28,357 bases of DNA from a virus. Lineage: Duplodnaviria > Caudoviricetes. A model generated the notes under the pieces. That model searched no databases and had not been told where the DNA came from. It saw only the letters and a list, made by a program, of their open reading frames with translations. The DNA lies in IMG/VR virus record IMGVR_UViG_3300010366_000050, positions 1-28,357 of that record; one strand, 5' to 3'. Positions within the stretch are counted from its first letter, which is position 1. Every line of letters begins with the position of its first letter. The position numbers and the translations under genes are program-made. This document shows positions 1-8,514 of this stretch, one piece after another.

Positions 1-284
1 TCGAGGACCTGCTGGCCGTGCTGCTGCAAGCGCTGGGTAATGTCCTGGAGGCCCTGCTGCGGCGCCTGCAGGACCGTGGGCGCGTTCTGGGTGAGCGGCT
101 GCAGTAAGGACTGCCCGTAGTCCTGCAAGCGGCCTGTGATGTCGGAGAGGCCCTGCTGCGCGCCCTGGCCGAGCTGCTGGACACCCTGCCCCGCCTGCTG
201 CAATGGCTGCAGCAGGCCCTGGCCGTACTCCTGGAGTCGGCGCGTCGCCTCATCGGTGGCGTCGTCCAGCAGCAGGAACGGCAT
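1..284 (-). CDS. 5' part of a Gln/Gly-rich repeat virion (putative ejection) protein; runs off the window
   Basis: Own translation from ATG at 284: MPFLLLDDATDEATRRLQEYGQGLLQPLQQ...RLQDYGQSLLQPL...RLQQHGQQVL; starts 4 nt after the stop of 288..1316. Confidence 0.7.
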   Translation of the reverse strand, partial: MPFLLLDDATDEATRRLQEYGQGLLQPLQQAGQGVQQLGQGAQQGLSDITGRLQDYGQSLLQPLTQNAPTVLQAPQQGLQDITQRLQQHGQQVL

Positions 285-287
285 CGC

Positions 288-1316
288 TCAGCCCTGCGCG
301 TGGCCGGGGATGCCCTGCCACTGCGTGACGCCGCCAGGCTTGGACCCGTACCACGTCGGGTACCAGCCACGCTTGAGCGCGGCGTCCAGGGCGAAGTCGA
401 CGCTCGCACGCCATGCCGCCGGATCACCTGGCTGATAGCCGGTCTGCTGGGTGAACTCGTTCCCCAGGCCCGCGGCGGTGCCGTACTGGCTGTAGCCCTG
501 GCCACCATAGTGCAGCTGGAACGGCCACCACGACGAGCCGGTGCTGAAGGTGCCGCGTATCGCGGGATCCGTGAACGCCGGCTGCTCAGGCTTTTGCGGG
601 TCGCGGCCACCCTCAAAGTAGGCAACGGTCATGGCCGTCGCCGGATCGATGCCGCGCGCGCGCGCTGCCTGGTCGATGTAGCTCTGGATCTCGCCGGGCT
701 GCGGATTGGCAGGATTGACGCCGCCCAGATGCCGCGTGAGGTCCGGGTCGGGCGAGAGGGGCACCACCGCTTCGGGCCCCTGCTCGCCGATCAGCGCGAG
801 CGTGGGCTGCGTCACGACACCACCGCTCGCCATGGCTGGGATCACGCCCGGTGGTGGCGGGGCGGGCATCGGCGGCGGCGGCGCGAGCGGTGCGGGTGCC
901 GGCGGCATAGGGAGTGCTGGCTGAGGCGCCGGCACCTGGTCGGGCTGCGCGAACGTCGGGGCCTGCGCGCCCGCGGGCGGCTTCGGCACTGGCACGTTGG
1001 CCTTCGCCGCCTGCGGCAAGGCTGGCTGCGGCTCGAGCGGCTTGTCCGGTGGCATCACCGCGCGCCCGTCGTCAATGAGTCGCTTCATGCTGGCCATGAA
1101 CTGGGCCGGGTCGCGAGCCGCTTCCGCCTGCAGGTACTGGCGGTCGCCCGTCAGGATGGCCTGGTGATAGCGCGCGTCGAGCTGCTCGTTACTGACGCGT
1201 GAGACGTCGGGCATGGTGCCTTTGAAGACGTCCTGCGCGATCGAGTACGCGTCGTTGGACGCCTCCCTCGTCAGTGCGTTTCGTATCAAGGTGATTTCAG
1301 CATCCGAGTTCGCCAC
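288..1316 (-). CDS. Virion protein with Pro-rich linker, tape-measure-type motif and C-terminal lysozyme/transglycosylase-like domain
   Basis: MASGGVVTQPTLALIGEQGPEAVVPL motif; IDQAARARGIDPATAMTVAYFEGG lysozyme-fold helix with candidate catalytic Glu; GGAGG RBS upstream. Confidence 0.65.
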   Translation of the reverse strand: MANSDAEITLIRNALTREASNDAYSIAQDVFKGTMPDVSRVSNEQLDARYHQAILTGDRQYLQAEAARDPAQFMASMKRLIDDGRAVMPPDKPLEPQPALPQAAKANVPVPKPPAGAQAPTFAQPDQVPAPQPALPMPPAPAPLAPPPPMPAPPPPGVIPAMASGGVVTQPTLALIGEQGPEAVVPLSPDPDLTRHLGGVNPANPQPGEIQSYIDQAARARGIDPATAMTVAYFEGGRDPQKPEQPAFTDPAIRGTFSTGSSWWPFQLHYGGQGYSQYGTAAGLGNEFTQQTGYQPGDPAAWRASVDFALDAALKRGWYPTWYGSKPGGVTQWQGIPGHAQG

Positions 1317-1337
1317 CTGAACTCAACCTCCGCACCT

Positions 1338-1409
1338 TACACTTGCACGCACGAAGCCCCCGCGATGCTTGCAACATCCGGGGGCGCGACACCGAAAGGA
1401 TGAGTTTCG
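1338..1409 (+). promoter_or_regulatory. -10 box (TACACT), structured leader hairpin and RBS for the HNH gene
   Basis: TACACT 1338-1343; stem GCCCCCG(c)GATG 1356-1367 / CATCCGGGGGC 1375-1385; AAAGGA before ATG 1410. Confidence 0.55.
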
Positions 1410-2087
1410 ATGTACTTGGAGTCTACAGGCAGATGTAACGAACCCCGCGTCTGCGAATGCTGCGGAGTTGCATTCTATGCCAACAAAACGGAGGTTCGCT
1501 ATGGTCACGCCCGCTTCTGTAGTCGGTCGTGCGGCGCGCGATCCCCAAAGCGCAAGCAACGCGCGACCCGACCGTGCGCACTTTGCGGTACCGAATTTCG
1601 TATGCGCAAGAGCGCGGCGAAATTCTGTTCGCGCGAGTGCTCCGCGCGAAGTCAACAAGCGCGAAAGTGGTGTATCTGTGAGAGTTGTGGAAAGCCCTTC
1701 TGGGCACCGAAAGGCACTCCCCGGAAGTACTGTTCGCAGCGGTGCTACTTCCGCAATGTGGGCCGTGTGACACGCGAGTACGCGCGCCGGCGCTTTGAAC
1801 GCCGCGTGCGCCGCACGGACGGGTGCTGGACACTCAAGGGTGGGGTGAGCCTGTTTGGGTATGGACGTTTCTCGATCGACGGCAAGATCGAGCAGGCCCA
1901 CCGTGCATCGTTCATGTTGCATATGGGGCCGATTCCACCGGGCGCGCTCGTCTGCCACACGTGCGATAACCCACGCTGCGTTCGCCCTGACCACCTGTTC
2001 ATTGGAAGTCATCACGACAACATGCAGGACCGCATGCGCAAGGGCCGCTGGAAGTTAGGGCTGCAGCAGCTGCCGCTCGCGATGTAG
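1410..2087 (+). CDS. Free-standing HNH homing endonuclease with three N-terminal zinc-finger repeats
   Basis: 3x CxxCG..F....FC/YCSRxC-type repeats; GYG, AHR, VCHTCDNPRCVRPDHLFIGSHHDN (HNH_3 type); antisense to the surrounding operon. Confidence 0.9.
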   Translation: MYLESTGRCNEPRVCECCGVAFYANKTEVRYGHARFCSRSCGARSPKRKQRATRPCALCGTEFRMRKSAAKFCSRECSARSQQARKWCICESCGKPFWAPKGTPRKYCSQRCYFRNVGRVTREYARRRFERRVRRTDGCWTLKGGVSLFGYGRFSIDGKIEQAHRASFMLHMGPIPPGALVCHTCDNPRCVRPDHLFIGSHHDNMQDRMRKGRWKLGLQQLPLAM

Positions 2088-2095
2088 TTCGGCAC

Positions 2096-2278
2096 TTACT
2101 TGTTGAAGCCTTTGAGTGTCTTGGCCAGGTTGGCCTGGCGCTTCGTCTGCGTCGATGCTTTCGAGCCGGGCTTCGTCACCTTATTGGCGTACTCGCTCAC
2201 GCTCATGCCCGCGGCTTTCGCCTTCTTCGTAAAGGCACCTGGCCGCTTGATAGCGCCCTGGACCCACTTCTCGGCCAC
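2096..2278 (-). CDS. Small basic phage protein (60 aa)
   Basis: KWVQGAIKRPGAF...KRQANLAKTLK motif typical of small phage head-region proteins; tight packing with neighbours. Confidence 0.8.
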   Translation of the reverse strand: MAEKWVQGAIKRPGAFTKKAKAAGMSVSEYANKVTKPGSKASTQTKRQANLAKTLKGFNK

Positions 2279-2281
2279 GGC

Positions 2282-2428
2282 TCACTTGCCTTTCTTGGGG
2301 GCCTTGCGCACCGGCACGCCACGCGCGCGGTCGAGCGCGTTATCCCTGCTCGAGCCTTGCTTGATCCCGGCCCGCTTGTCGGCCGCGGTGTCCGTCGCCT
2401 CGGTCCACTTCTTCCTGGCCTGGGCCAT
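2282..2428 (-). CDS. Small basic protein (48 aa), not in ORF track
   Basis: MAQARKKWTEATDTAADKRAGIKQGSSRDNALDRARGVPVRKAPKKGK; fills the gap between 2278 and 2433. Confidence 0.7.
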   Translation of the reverse strand: MAQARKKWTEATDTAADKRAGIKQGSSRDNALDRARGVPVRKAPKKGK

Positions 2429-2432
2429 GGCG

Positions 2433-2648
2433 TTACTTCTTTGGGGGCGCGCCGGAGCCCTGGTTGCGGATCACCGCGTTCGGCATGCTGCCACCCGCGA
2501 TGTCGCCGCCGTGGTTGCTCACCGGTCCGCCCGTGTGCGCACCGCCAATGCAACTGCTCTTGAGCCCACCAGTGGTGGGTGGGTGCTCACGATCCGAGGG
2601 CGGCTTCCAGCCGCCGGCACTCGGGTTGCCGCCTAATTTGTTCGCCAT
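2433..2648 (-). CDS. Small Gly/Pro-rich protein (71 aa), paralogue of 2652..2831
   Basis: WKPPSDREHPP and MPNAVIR motifs; GGAGG RBS. Confidence 0.75.
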   Translation of the reverse strand: MANKLGGNPSAGGWKPPSDREHPPTTGGLKSSCIGGAHTGGPVSNHGGDIAGGSMPNAVIRNQGSGAPPKK

Positions 2649-2651
2649 GAG

Positions 2652-2831
2652 TCATCGACCTCCCTGACGCGGCGCCTTACGCACCACCGCGTTCTGCATG
2701 TTCGTCGTGATCGCGTTGTTGCCAGCCGCCGGACCACTCGGGCGGGTGCCGTGGACGCCTGCCTTGGGCGGGTGCTCACGGCCACTGGGTGGCGTGTACT
2801 TGCCGTTGCTCGTGTTCGTGTTCTTCGCCAT
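2652..2831 (-). CDS. Small basic protein (59 aa), not in ORF track
   Basis: MAKNTNTSNGKYTPPSGREHPPKAG...MQNAVVRKAPRQGGR; GGAGGAG upstream at the end of the portal gene. Confidence 0.75.
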   Translation of the reverse strand: MAKNTNTSNGKYTPPSGREHPPKAGVHGTRPSGPAAGNNAITTNMQNAVVRKAPRQGGR

Positions 2832-2837
2832 CGGCGC

Positions 2838-4796
2838 TCAGACTCCTCCTGCGCCGGGCGCGCCGACGTTCTGCGCCGCGCCCTGCATCACCTGCTGCCC
2901 TGGCGGGGGCAGTGCACCAGCGCCATTCGGTGCGGTGGCCAGCGCGGCCAGATCGGGCACGCCGCCGGCGCCTGGTCCGCCACCTTCAAAAACGCCCGGT
3001 GCCGGCGTCTGCATGCCTCCCGGCAGGCCCGGCTGCCCGGGCTGGATGTTCGCCGCCATGGCCTGCGCTTGCGCCGCCGCGCCGAGGATGTCGCCACGGC
3101 CGGCGAACTGGAACACCTGTTGATCGAGCCATTGCTGGTATTGCGGCGACTGGCGGATACGGTCGCGCGCCTTGGAGCGCCGAATCTCGTCAGGATTGTC
3201 GCCCAGATAGTCGATCGCCTCGTCGCTGCCCCACGTGCCGGCTTGCAAGCGCTCATGCGCATATCTGGCTTTGATCAGGTCGTCGGTGGGCAGCTCCTGC
3301 TTGACGTCCCAGCGGATCTTGACCGGCCGCGCGAAGTCGTCGGGCCCGAGGCCGATGTAGCCCGAGCCGGTCTTCGTGGTCTGGCCGGTGTAGCCGACCC
3401 AGATCTTTTCCTGGACCTTGTTCTGCGCCAGGTCCCACAGTTTCTCGGTCTGCCGCTTGAGCAATTCCTGAATGTTGTTCACGATTGGACCGACACGGAC
3501 GCGCTGGTAGCTGAGCACCTGGCTGATGGCAAAGCCGGCGCCCTCGAGGCCGCTGAGCTGCGTGACCCGCGGCGACTCGAGCTCTTTGATGGCGTTGTCG
3601 ATCAACTGCATGTGCTTTTCGAGCGTGGTCGCGTCGGGATAGTTGATGCGCTGCAGCTGACGTCCGGGGCCCAGGTTGATCACTTCGCCTGGGAGAGGTC
3701 CGGGATCACGGTCCCTGGGCTTGCCGTCGTCCCCGATGACGGGAGCCGCACTCGAGTCACCGTAGGTCACCAGTGGGCTGAGCAGGTCGCGTGCGACGTA
3801 CTGCGCATGCATGGCCCTGAGGTACTGGCGGTACTGCACCAGCCACAACTTCGTCTGGCTCACACCCCAGCCGACCTTGCGATTGGCCCAGTGGTTCATC
3901 CACAACCCCGGCGCGAAGTCGTATGGCAGAAACCCGTAGCCGTGCTTGAACTGTTTCACAATTGCGCCGGTCGGCTCGTTCTTGTAGTTGGTGCCGGTGA
4001 CGCACCAGCTCGCCCAAGTCTCGTCCCAGTGCTCCGCCATAGTGACGCTGGTCGGCAGGATCGGGCGGTTGTTCGCGCCCCAGGCGTTCGAGGCCTGCGG
4101 TTGGCCCATGAGCTCGGGGACGATGTTGCCGTCCTCGTCCACGCCCAGCCGGTAGCGGCGAAACGTGGTGCGCACCGGGCGGTCGGTGATCTCGAGCATC
4201 TCGCAGATGCGGCCGCCGACGGTGTCGGGGTAGATGGTGCGGGCGTCGACGAACTCCCACGCGAAGGGCGGACCGCACGACTTTTTCACGTCCTCGGTCG
4301 CCTTGTCGTAGTGCTGCCACGCCTCGTCCGACTCGCCCGGATTCGGCACCGGATAGGCATAGCGTTTGTCCCACGCGTCGGGCAGGAACAGGATTTTGCT
4401 CCACGCGCCGCCATCGTTGAGCGCCGCGTCGGTGAGGAACGTCATCGTGTCGCGGCCGGGCGTGCGCGCACCGCAGGTCCAGAGCGTCTCCTCGGTCCAG
4501 TGCTCGCGCTGGCTGGCCGCGGTCTGCGCGGTGTCCGACTCGCCGCCGTCAAGGTGCAGCTTGGGGCGCTCGAGCGTCAGCATCGCGGTCTGCTGGAACG
4601 CTTCTTCGGAGACGTCGGGATCGCGCGGGTCGACGTTGACGAGGGTGTACTTCTCGTCGGCGCCCATCATGGCCGGGATGCGCATCTCGCGCTGGGCGCG
4701 GGAGCCGTCGATCTGCACGTCGTCGCGGCGATAGCGGTCGTACATCTCCGACTGGAGCTCGGTGATGTAGGACGCCGAGGGCGGATCTGCGGCCAC
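2838..4796 (-). CDS. Portal (head-tail connector) protein
   Basis: 652 aa immediately after terL; low-complexity Gly/Pro/Gln C-terminal tail; size and position typical of portals. Confidence 0.75.
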   Translation of the reverse strand: MAADPPSASYITELQSEMYDRYRRDDVQIDGSRAQREMRIPAMMGADEKYTLVNVDPRDPDVSEEAFQQTAMLTLERPKLHLDGGESDTAQTAASQREHWTEETLWTCGARTPGRDTMTFLTDAALNDGGAWSKILFLPDAWDKRYAYPVPNPGESDEAWQHYDKATEDVKKSCGPPFAWEFVDARTIYPDTVGGRICEMLEITDRPVRTTFRRYRLGVDEDGNIVPELMGQPQASNAWGANNRPILPTSVTMAEHWDETWASWCVTGTNYKNEPTGAIVKQFKHGYGFLPYDFAPGLWMNHWANRKVGWGVSQTKLWLVQYRQYLRAMHAQYVARDLLSPLVTYGDSSAAPVIGDDGKPRDRDPGPLPGEVINLGPGRQLQRINYPDATTLEKHMQLIDNAIKELESPRVTQLSGLEGAGFAISQVLSYQRVRVGPIVNNIQELLKRQTEKLWDLAQNKVQEKIWVGYTGQTTKTGSGYIGLGPDDFARPVKIRWDVKQELPTDDLIKARYAHERLQAGTWGSDEAIDYLGDNPDEIRRSKARDRIRQSPQYQQWLDQQVFQFAGRGDILGAAAQAQAMAANIQPGQPGLPGGMQTPAPGVFEGGGPGAGGVPDLAALATAPNGAGALPPPGQQVMQGAAQNVGAPGAGGV

Positions 4797-4805
4797 GACG
4801 CGCTC

Positions 4806-4811
4806 AGTCTA
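4806..4811 (-). promoter_or_regulatory. Candidate -10 box (TAGACT) for portal and downstream genes
   Basis: TAGACT 9 nt upstream of portal GTG; no Shine-Dalgarno in the short intergenic gap. Confidence 0.4.
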
Positions 4812-4821
4812 ACGCCATGGG

Positions 4822-6078
4822 TCAACGGCTAAACGCGTAGCTCGAGCGCGTGGTGATCGCCGGCGCCGCGCACCCCAGCCACGCCAGTGCCAACGCGATC
4901 ACCGTGTCGTCGTGCCCGCCCACCGGCGCGCCGTACCTGAGCAGGCCACTCGGCAAGCGCTCCGCCTCGTACGCAAGCAACTCTGCGGTCTGCACCGCAT
5001 CATCCAGCAGCGCGAGCTCGCCGTTCTCGATGGCCAGGCTCAATGCCTGGATGGCCGCGGCCTTCGACGCGTTCGTCGCCAGCCACGGCTGCATCGGCAA
5101 TGCACGCCGGCTCTCCCCGAGCATGTGCGAGTAGCCCTGGCTGAGCCGTTCAACGATCGGATTGCCCATGGCGTTGGTCTCGGCGACGATGGCGCGCGGG
5201 TGGTACAGGTCGGCCCAGCGGTACAACCGTTCAGCCTGGAACTCCCAGTCGACGCGCGTGAAGCGATCCATGGCCGCCTGCTCGCTGGTGGTGGCATCCA
5301 GCACGCTGATGACGGTGAAGTCATTCGAGCGACCCCAGTCCACGCCGAAGACGTACTGATGCCCACCGCGGCGACTGCTCGGCTCGAGGTAGGCCGCACC
5401 CGTCACGCCGCGAAAGACGCCAGCGCCCTCAAGCGACAGGAACTCGGCCAGATATTCCTGGGCGTACTCGCGTTCGGTCAGGTCGTGCCGCGCCGCCTCG
5501 ACCTCCTCGCCCGCAATGAACGGGTTCACACCGGTCGGCATCTGCCAGGACATCCAGTCCGTCTCGAGCGGGTCCTGGCCACGCTGGAACAGACTGAAAA
5601 AGTCGTTCAGGCCGCGCGGTGTGGACATGAACCATGCCTCGCCCTGAAAGTCGGTGAGCGTGGGCCGAATGGCCTGAGCCCAGATATCACTGAGCCGCGG
5701 CACCATCGCCGCCTCGTCGATCACCACGCTGGCGTAGCGCCGGCCGCGCGCGGGGTCGCCGGTGTCCATCGACCAGCATTCGATGGTGCCGCCGCCGAGG
5801 ATCTCGAGCCGATGCTCCTGCTCGGACTTCTCGGCCGTCACGTCGAGCAGGACGGCTTTGAGCTTGCGCCAGAACTCCTCGAGCAGTTTGTACGTCGGCG
5901 CGAAGTACCCACCGGGGCGACGGCTGAGCGCGCAATCGACTAGCAGCTCCTGGCCGAGCGTGCTCTTGCCAGTGCGCCGCCCGAGCGCGACCACGTTGAA
6001 GCGGCGCCGTTCGGCCTTGATCTGGGCCTGGGCCGGGTGCAGGCGCGGCAGGCGGATGGTGCGCTCGAGCGTGGTCAC
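4822..6078 (-). CDS. terL: Terminase large subunit
   Basis: LHPAQ, Walker A GRRTGKS, Walker B VVIDEAA, STP coupling motif, RNase H-like GVDWGRSND and HDD. Confidence 0.95.
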   Translation of the reverse strand: MTTLERTIRLPRLHPAQAQIKAERRRFNVVALGRRTGKSTLGQELLVDCALSRRPGGYFAPTYKLLEEFWRKLKAVLLDVTAEKSEQEHRLEILGGGTIECWSMDTGDPARGRRYASVVIDEAAMVPRLSDIWAQAIRPTLTDFQGEAWFMSTPRGLNDFFSLFQRGQDPLETDWMSWQMPTGVNPFIAGEEVEAARHDLTEREYAQEYLAEFLSLEGAGVFRGVTGAAYLEPSSRRGGHQYVFGVDWGRSNDFTVISVLDATTSEQAAMDRFTRVDWEFQAERLYRWADLYHPRAIVAETNAMGNPIVERLSQGYSHMLGESRRALPMQPWLATNASKAAAIQALSLAIENGELALLDDAVQTAELLAYEAERLPSGLLRYGAPVGGHDDTVIALALAWLGCAAPAITTRSSYAFSR

Positions 6079-6443
6079 CGGACCAGCTCGCGCATCTGGG
6101 CAACGCGGTCCGTGTGCAACGTGCGCGGCCCACAGCTCAATGCGCGTTTCGCGAACGTCATGGCCGCGATGCGACGCCCCTCACGCCGCGCCATCAGCGC
6201 CAGGTAACAATACGCCACCGCGTCATTCGGGTTGTCGCACAGACGCAGGTGCAGCAGGCGCCGATCGCGCGCGGCCTTCTTACGCTGGTGCCACACGTCG
6301 GGCGCCATGCAGCGGCGCTGGACGTGCGCGATCGAGCCGGCCACCATCCGAAACCCGCACTCCAGGTGGATCGCCTGGCTCTGAAAATTCGGCGACTGCT
6401 CGCCTTCTTCGACGGGCTCGCCGCAGTGCAGGCAGTCACTCAT
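6075..6443 (-). CDS. Hypothetical zinc-binding protein (start reassigned to MSDCLHC)
   Basis: CxxC...HxxC; ATGA and GTGA overlaps with neighbours. Confidence 0.55.
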   Translation of the reverse strand: MSDCLHCGEPVEEGEQSPNFQSQAIHLECGFRMVAGSIAHVQRRCMAPDVWHQRKKAARDRRLLHLRLCDNPNDAVAYCYLALMARREGRRIAAMTFAKRALSCGPRTLHTDRVAQMRELVR

Positions 6444-6673
6444 CTTGCACCTGGTGGCGGCAGCCTGTCGTCGGAGCGAACTTCGACCTGGTCGGCGTCG
6501 AAGTCGGCCACGATCTTGCGCAGGACCTCGATCATCTCGAACTGCGCCATCTCTTCCGCCTGCGACGGATCGACCGCGCCGAGGGCCTGGCGCTGGAAGG
6601 CGCCGACGATGACGCGAACGTGGTAGTCGCCGTCGACTTCCCATAGCTCGGCGAGCTTGCGCGGCTTACTCAT
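6440..6673 (-). CDS. Hypothetical protein
   Basis: 77 aa, overlaps both neighbours, GC3-rich codons. Confidence 0.6.
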   Translation of the reverse strand: MSKPRKLAELWEVDGDYHVRVIVGAFQRQALGAVDPSQAEEMAQFEMIEVLRKIVADFDADQVEVRSDDRLPPPGAR

Positions 6674-6914
6674 CGCGGGCCTGCCTCACCGCATCGGCGA
6701 TCTGCTGCGACATGGGCGGCGGCGTCTCGTCTGGGCTCAGGTAGGCCGTGATCTCGGCGATGTGGTCGCGTTTGTCATCGTCGGCCAGCGTCAGCCAGAA
6801 GCCGATCAGGATGTTGCGCAGCTCGTGGTTGGTCAGGTTCTTCGTGACGATGTGCAGCGCAACGCCATCGCGGTCGTAGACGAAGCTGGCCGTGGACGGA
6901 TAGCGGCTACTCAT
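6666..6914 (-). CDS. Hypothetical protein
   Basis: 82 aa, overlaps terS stop, GC3-rich codons. Confidence 0.6.
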   Translation of the reverse strand: MSSRYPSTASFVYDRDGVALHIVTKNLTNHELRNILIGFWLTLADDDKRDHIAEITAYLSPDETPPPMSQQIADAVRQARDE

Positions 6915-7266
6915 CGTCGTCGCGCTGCTCGAGGATCAAGGGCGCCGGGTCATCGCGAATGAGACGGATGATGGTTTCGGACTCGGAGTGCACCTGGACT
7001 GCCGCCTTGTGGCCGAGCAACTCCAGCGCCCAACGTGCCGCGGCCAGTCGCACTGCGTCACTATCGGCGTGCTCGATCAACGCGCCCACTGCGGCGATGG
7101 CCGGGAACTCGAGTGCCCGCAAACGCTCCTCGGCTTTGGCCAGGGCTTGGGGCGACTTGCCGCCATGCATGTGACAGACCCGGTGGCCGGGACTGGTGAA
7201 GTGCTGGCACTGCTCACCGCGACGATTCTTCGCGTGGCACCTGACCATGGGGTGAGTCGTGACCAC
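6907..7266 (-). CDS. Terminase small subunit-like protein (HGG zinc finger)
   Basis: RCHAKNRRGEQC...VCHMHGGKSP; SDAVRLAAARWALE helix; upstream of terL. Confidence 0.7.
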   Translation of the reverse strand: MVTTHPMVRCHAKNRRGEQCQHFTSPGHRVCHMHGGKSPQALAKAEERLRALEFPAIAAVGALIEHADSDAVRLAAARWALELLGHKAAVQVHSESETIIRLIRDDPAPLILEQRDDDE

Positions 7267-7270
7267 TGGG

Positions 7271-7423
7271 TCAGGCCGCCTTCCACGGCTTGGTGGGCAG
7301 GTACCGGATCTGCTGCTTGTCGGACTCGGAGCGGGCCTCGTCGCGGATCTCGACCTCGAGCAACGCGATGAGCAGGTCGAGGGTGGCGAGCATGGCGCGG
7401 CGCTCCTGGTCCTCAGGACTCAT
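7271..7423 (-). CDS. Small hypothetical protein (50 aa), not in ORF track
   Basis: MSPEDQERRAMLATLDLLIALLEVEIRDEARSESDKQQIRYLPTKPWKAA; TGATG overlap with upstream gene. Confidence 0.55.
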   Translation of the reverse strand: MSPEDQERRAMLATLDLLIALLEVEIRDEARSESDKQQIRYLPTKPWKAA

Positions 7424-7827
7424 CAGGACTCATCTGGGCGTTCGTTGCGGCGAGCGATGCCGACACGGAAGCGCACCTCGAGCGCGTAGCAGCCGGCATG
7501 CGGACAGTCCGCGGCGTGGCTGGTGCGGTCCCACGGATCCATGCGCCGCTCGCACGCCGGGCACACAAACGGCGGGTCGGGACGGACCTCGACGACGGGC
7601 TGCGCGGGGCTGAAGTCGGGCACGTCGAGTCCCGCGGAATGGGCGCGAAACTTGACGAGCTCCTCGCGCAGAAAGCGCCGCGCCAGGTTGAGCGTGATGG
7701 CGGAGCGCAGTTCGAACAGAGCGTTCCAGGCGTGCTCGAAGGCTTCGGCATTGCGGAACTCCTGGCGGAAGGTGCTGGCCAGCAAGCGGGCGTCGGCTTC
7801 GGTGAGCGGGTGCTCAGCGGTCGCCAT
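7423..7827 (-). CDS. Hypothetical protein with C-terminal Cys/His zinc motif
   Basis: Start MATAEH with GGAGGG RBS; CPACE...HAADC. Confidence 0.6.
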   Translation of the reverse strand: MATAEHPLTEADARLLASTFRQEFRNAEAFEHAWNALFELRSAITLNLARRFLREELVKFRAHSAGLDVPDFSPAQPVVEVRPDPPFVCPACERRMDPWDRTSHAADCPHAGCYALEVRFRVGIARRNERPDES

Positions 7828-8449
7828 TCGTCCCTCCAAAAGAATTTTCATGGGCAGCAGCGGCAGCAGCCCGGCGTTCGGCGTCGATGCGGCGCAGGTG
7901 CTCGAGCAGCAGCGGGTTGTCCTCGCGCGCGGGCGCGGGAGTGGTTAACTCACCGGGAACTACTGCTGCTGCTGCGGCAGATGAATGAGAAACCGGAGAG
8001 ACCGGTTGGTCCGGTCCGGTTGGTCCGGTCCGGTCCGGTTGGTTGGTTGGTCCGGTAGCCCCTGCACGTGTTCCGGACGTGCGCGGCACGTGTTTCGCAC
8101 GTGCAGTTCGCATCCGTTCCGCATTCGCTGCACGCCGCTCGACCAGACGGCCGGCGTAGTCCATCCAATCATGGATCTTCAGCACCTGGTCGACCCCGGT
8201 CTGCTCCACGAAACCCGCGGCTTGCAGCCCTGTCCAGAAGCGCTCGGATTTGCCCCGCCACTCGCACGCCCGCGCCACTGTCGGCAGGTCGTCCGCGTGG
8301 ACCAGCCCATCCGGCGCGTAATCCAGGGCCCACCACCATAAGAAGTGGAGATGGCCCACCGCCGCCGGCACGCTGCAGGTGAGCGCCGCCGCGAGGCGTA
8401 GCGTCTTCGGATGATGGCCCAGGGCCTGGTGGCTTTCAATCCACGCCAT
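7814..8449 (-). CDS. Phage replication initiator (replisome organiser-like)
   Basis: MAWIESHQALGHHPKT..VGHLHFLWWWA..DG..IHDWMDY, followed by RAANAERMR helix and a repeat-rich linker; GAAGGA RBS. Confidence 0.75.
   Translation of the reverse strand: MAWIESHQALGHHPKTLRLAAALTCSVPAAVGHLHFLWWWALDYAPDGLVHADDLPTVARACEWRGKSERFWTGLQAAGFVEQTGVDQVLKIHDWMDYAGRLVERRAANAERMRTARAKHVPRTSGTRAGATGPTNQPDRTGPTGPDQPVSPVSHSSAAAAAVVPGELTTPAPAREDNPLLLEHLRRIDAERRAAAAAAHENSFGGTNGDR
8001..8105. repeat. Short CCGGT/TGGT tandem repeats and GCACGTG repeats inside the initiator gene; candidate origin
   Basis: accggttggtccggtccggttggtccggtccggtccggttggttggttggtccggt, then three GCACGTG copies. Confidence 0.55.
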
Positions 8450-8514
8450 AACTGTCCTTCGCTTCGATGTCTCCCCCGTCCGAAAGAATCGCGCACTGGT
8501 GGTGCTCATGTCGG

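Noticed and set aside
2751-4832. 693-aa plus-strand ORF, and similar long ORFs at 300..1202, 4912..5943, 21864..23201 and 25250..27091
   Set aside because: Antisense shadows of real GC3-rich genes; no motifs
7413-7432. 10-bp tandem duplication tcaggactca x2
   Set aside because: Real, but just a local duplication at a stop/start junction with no evident function
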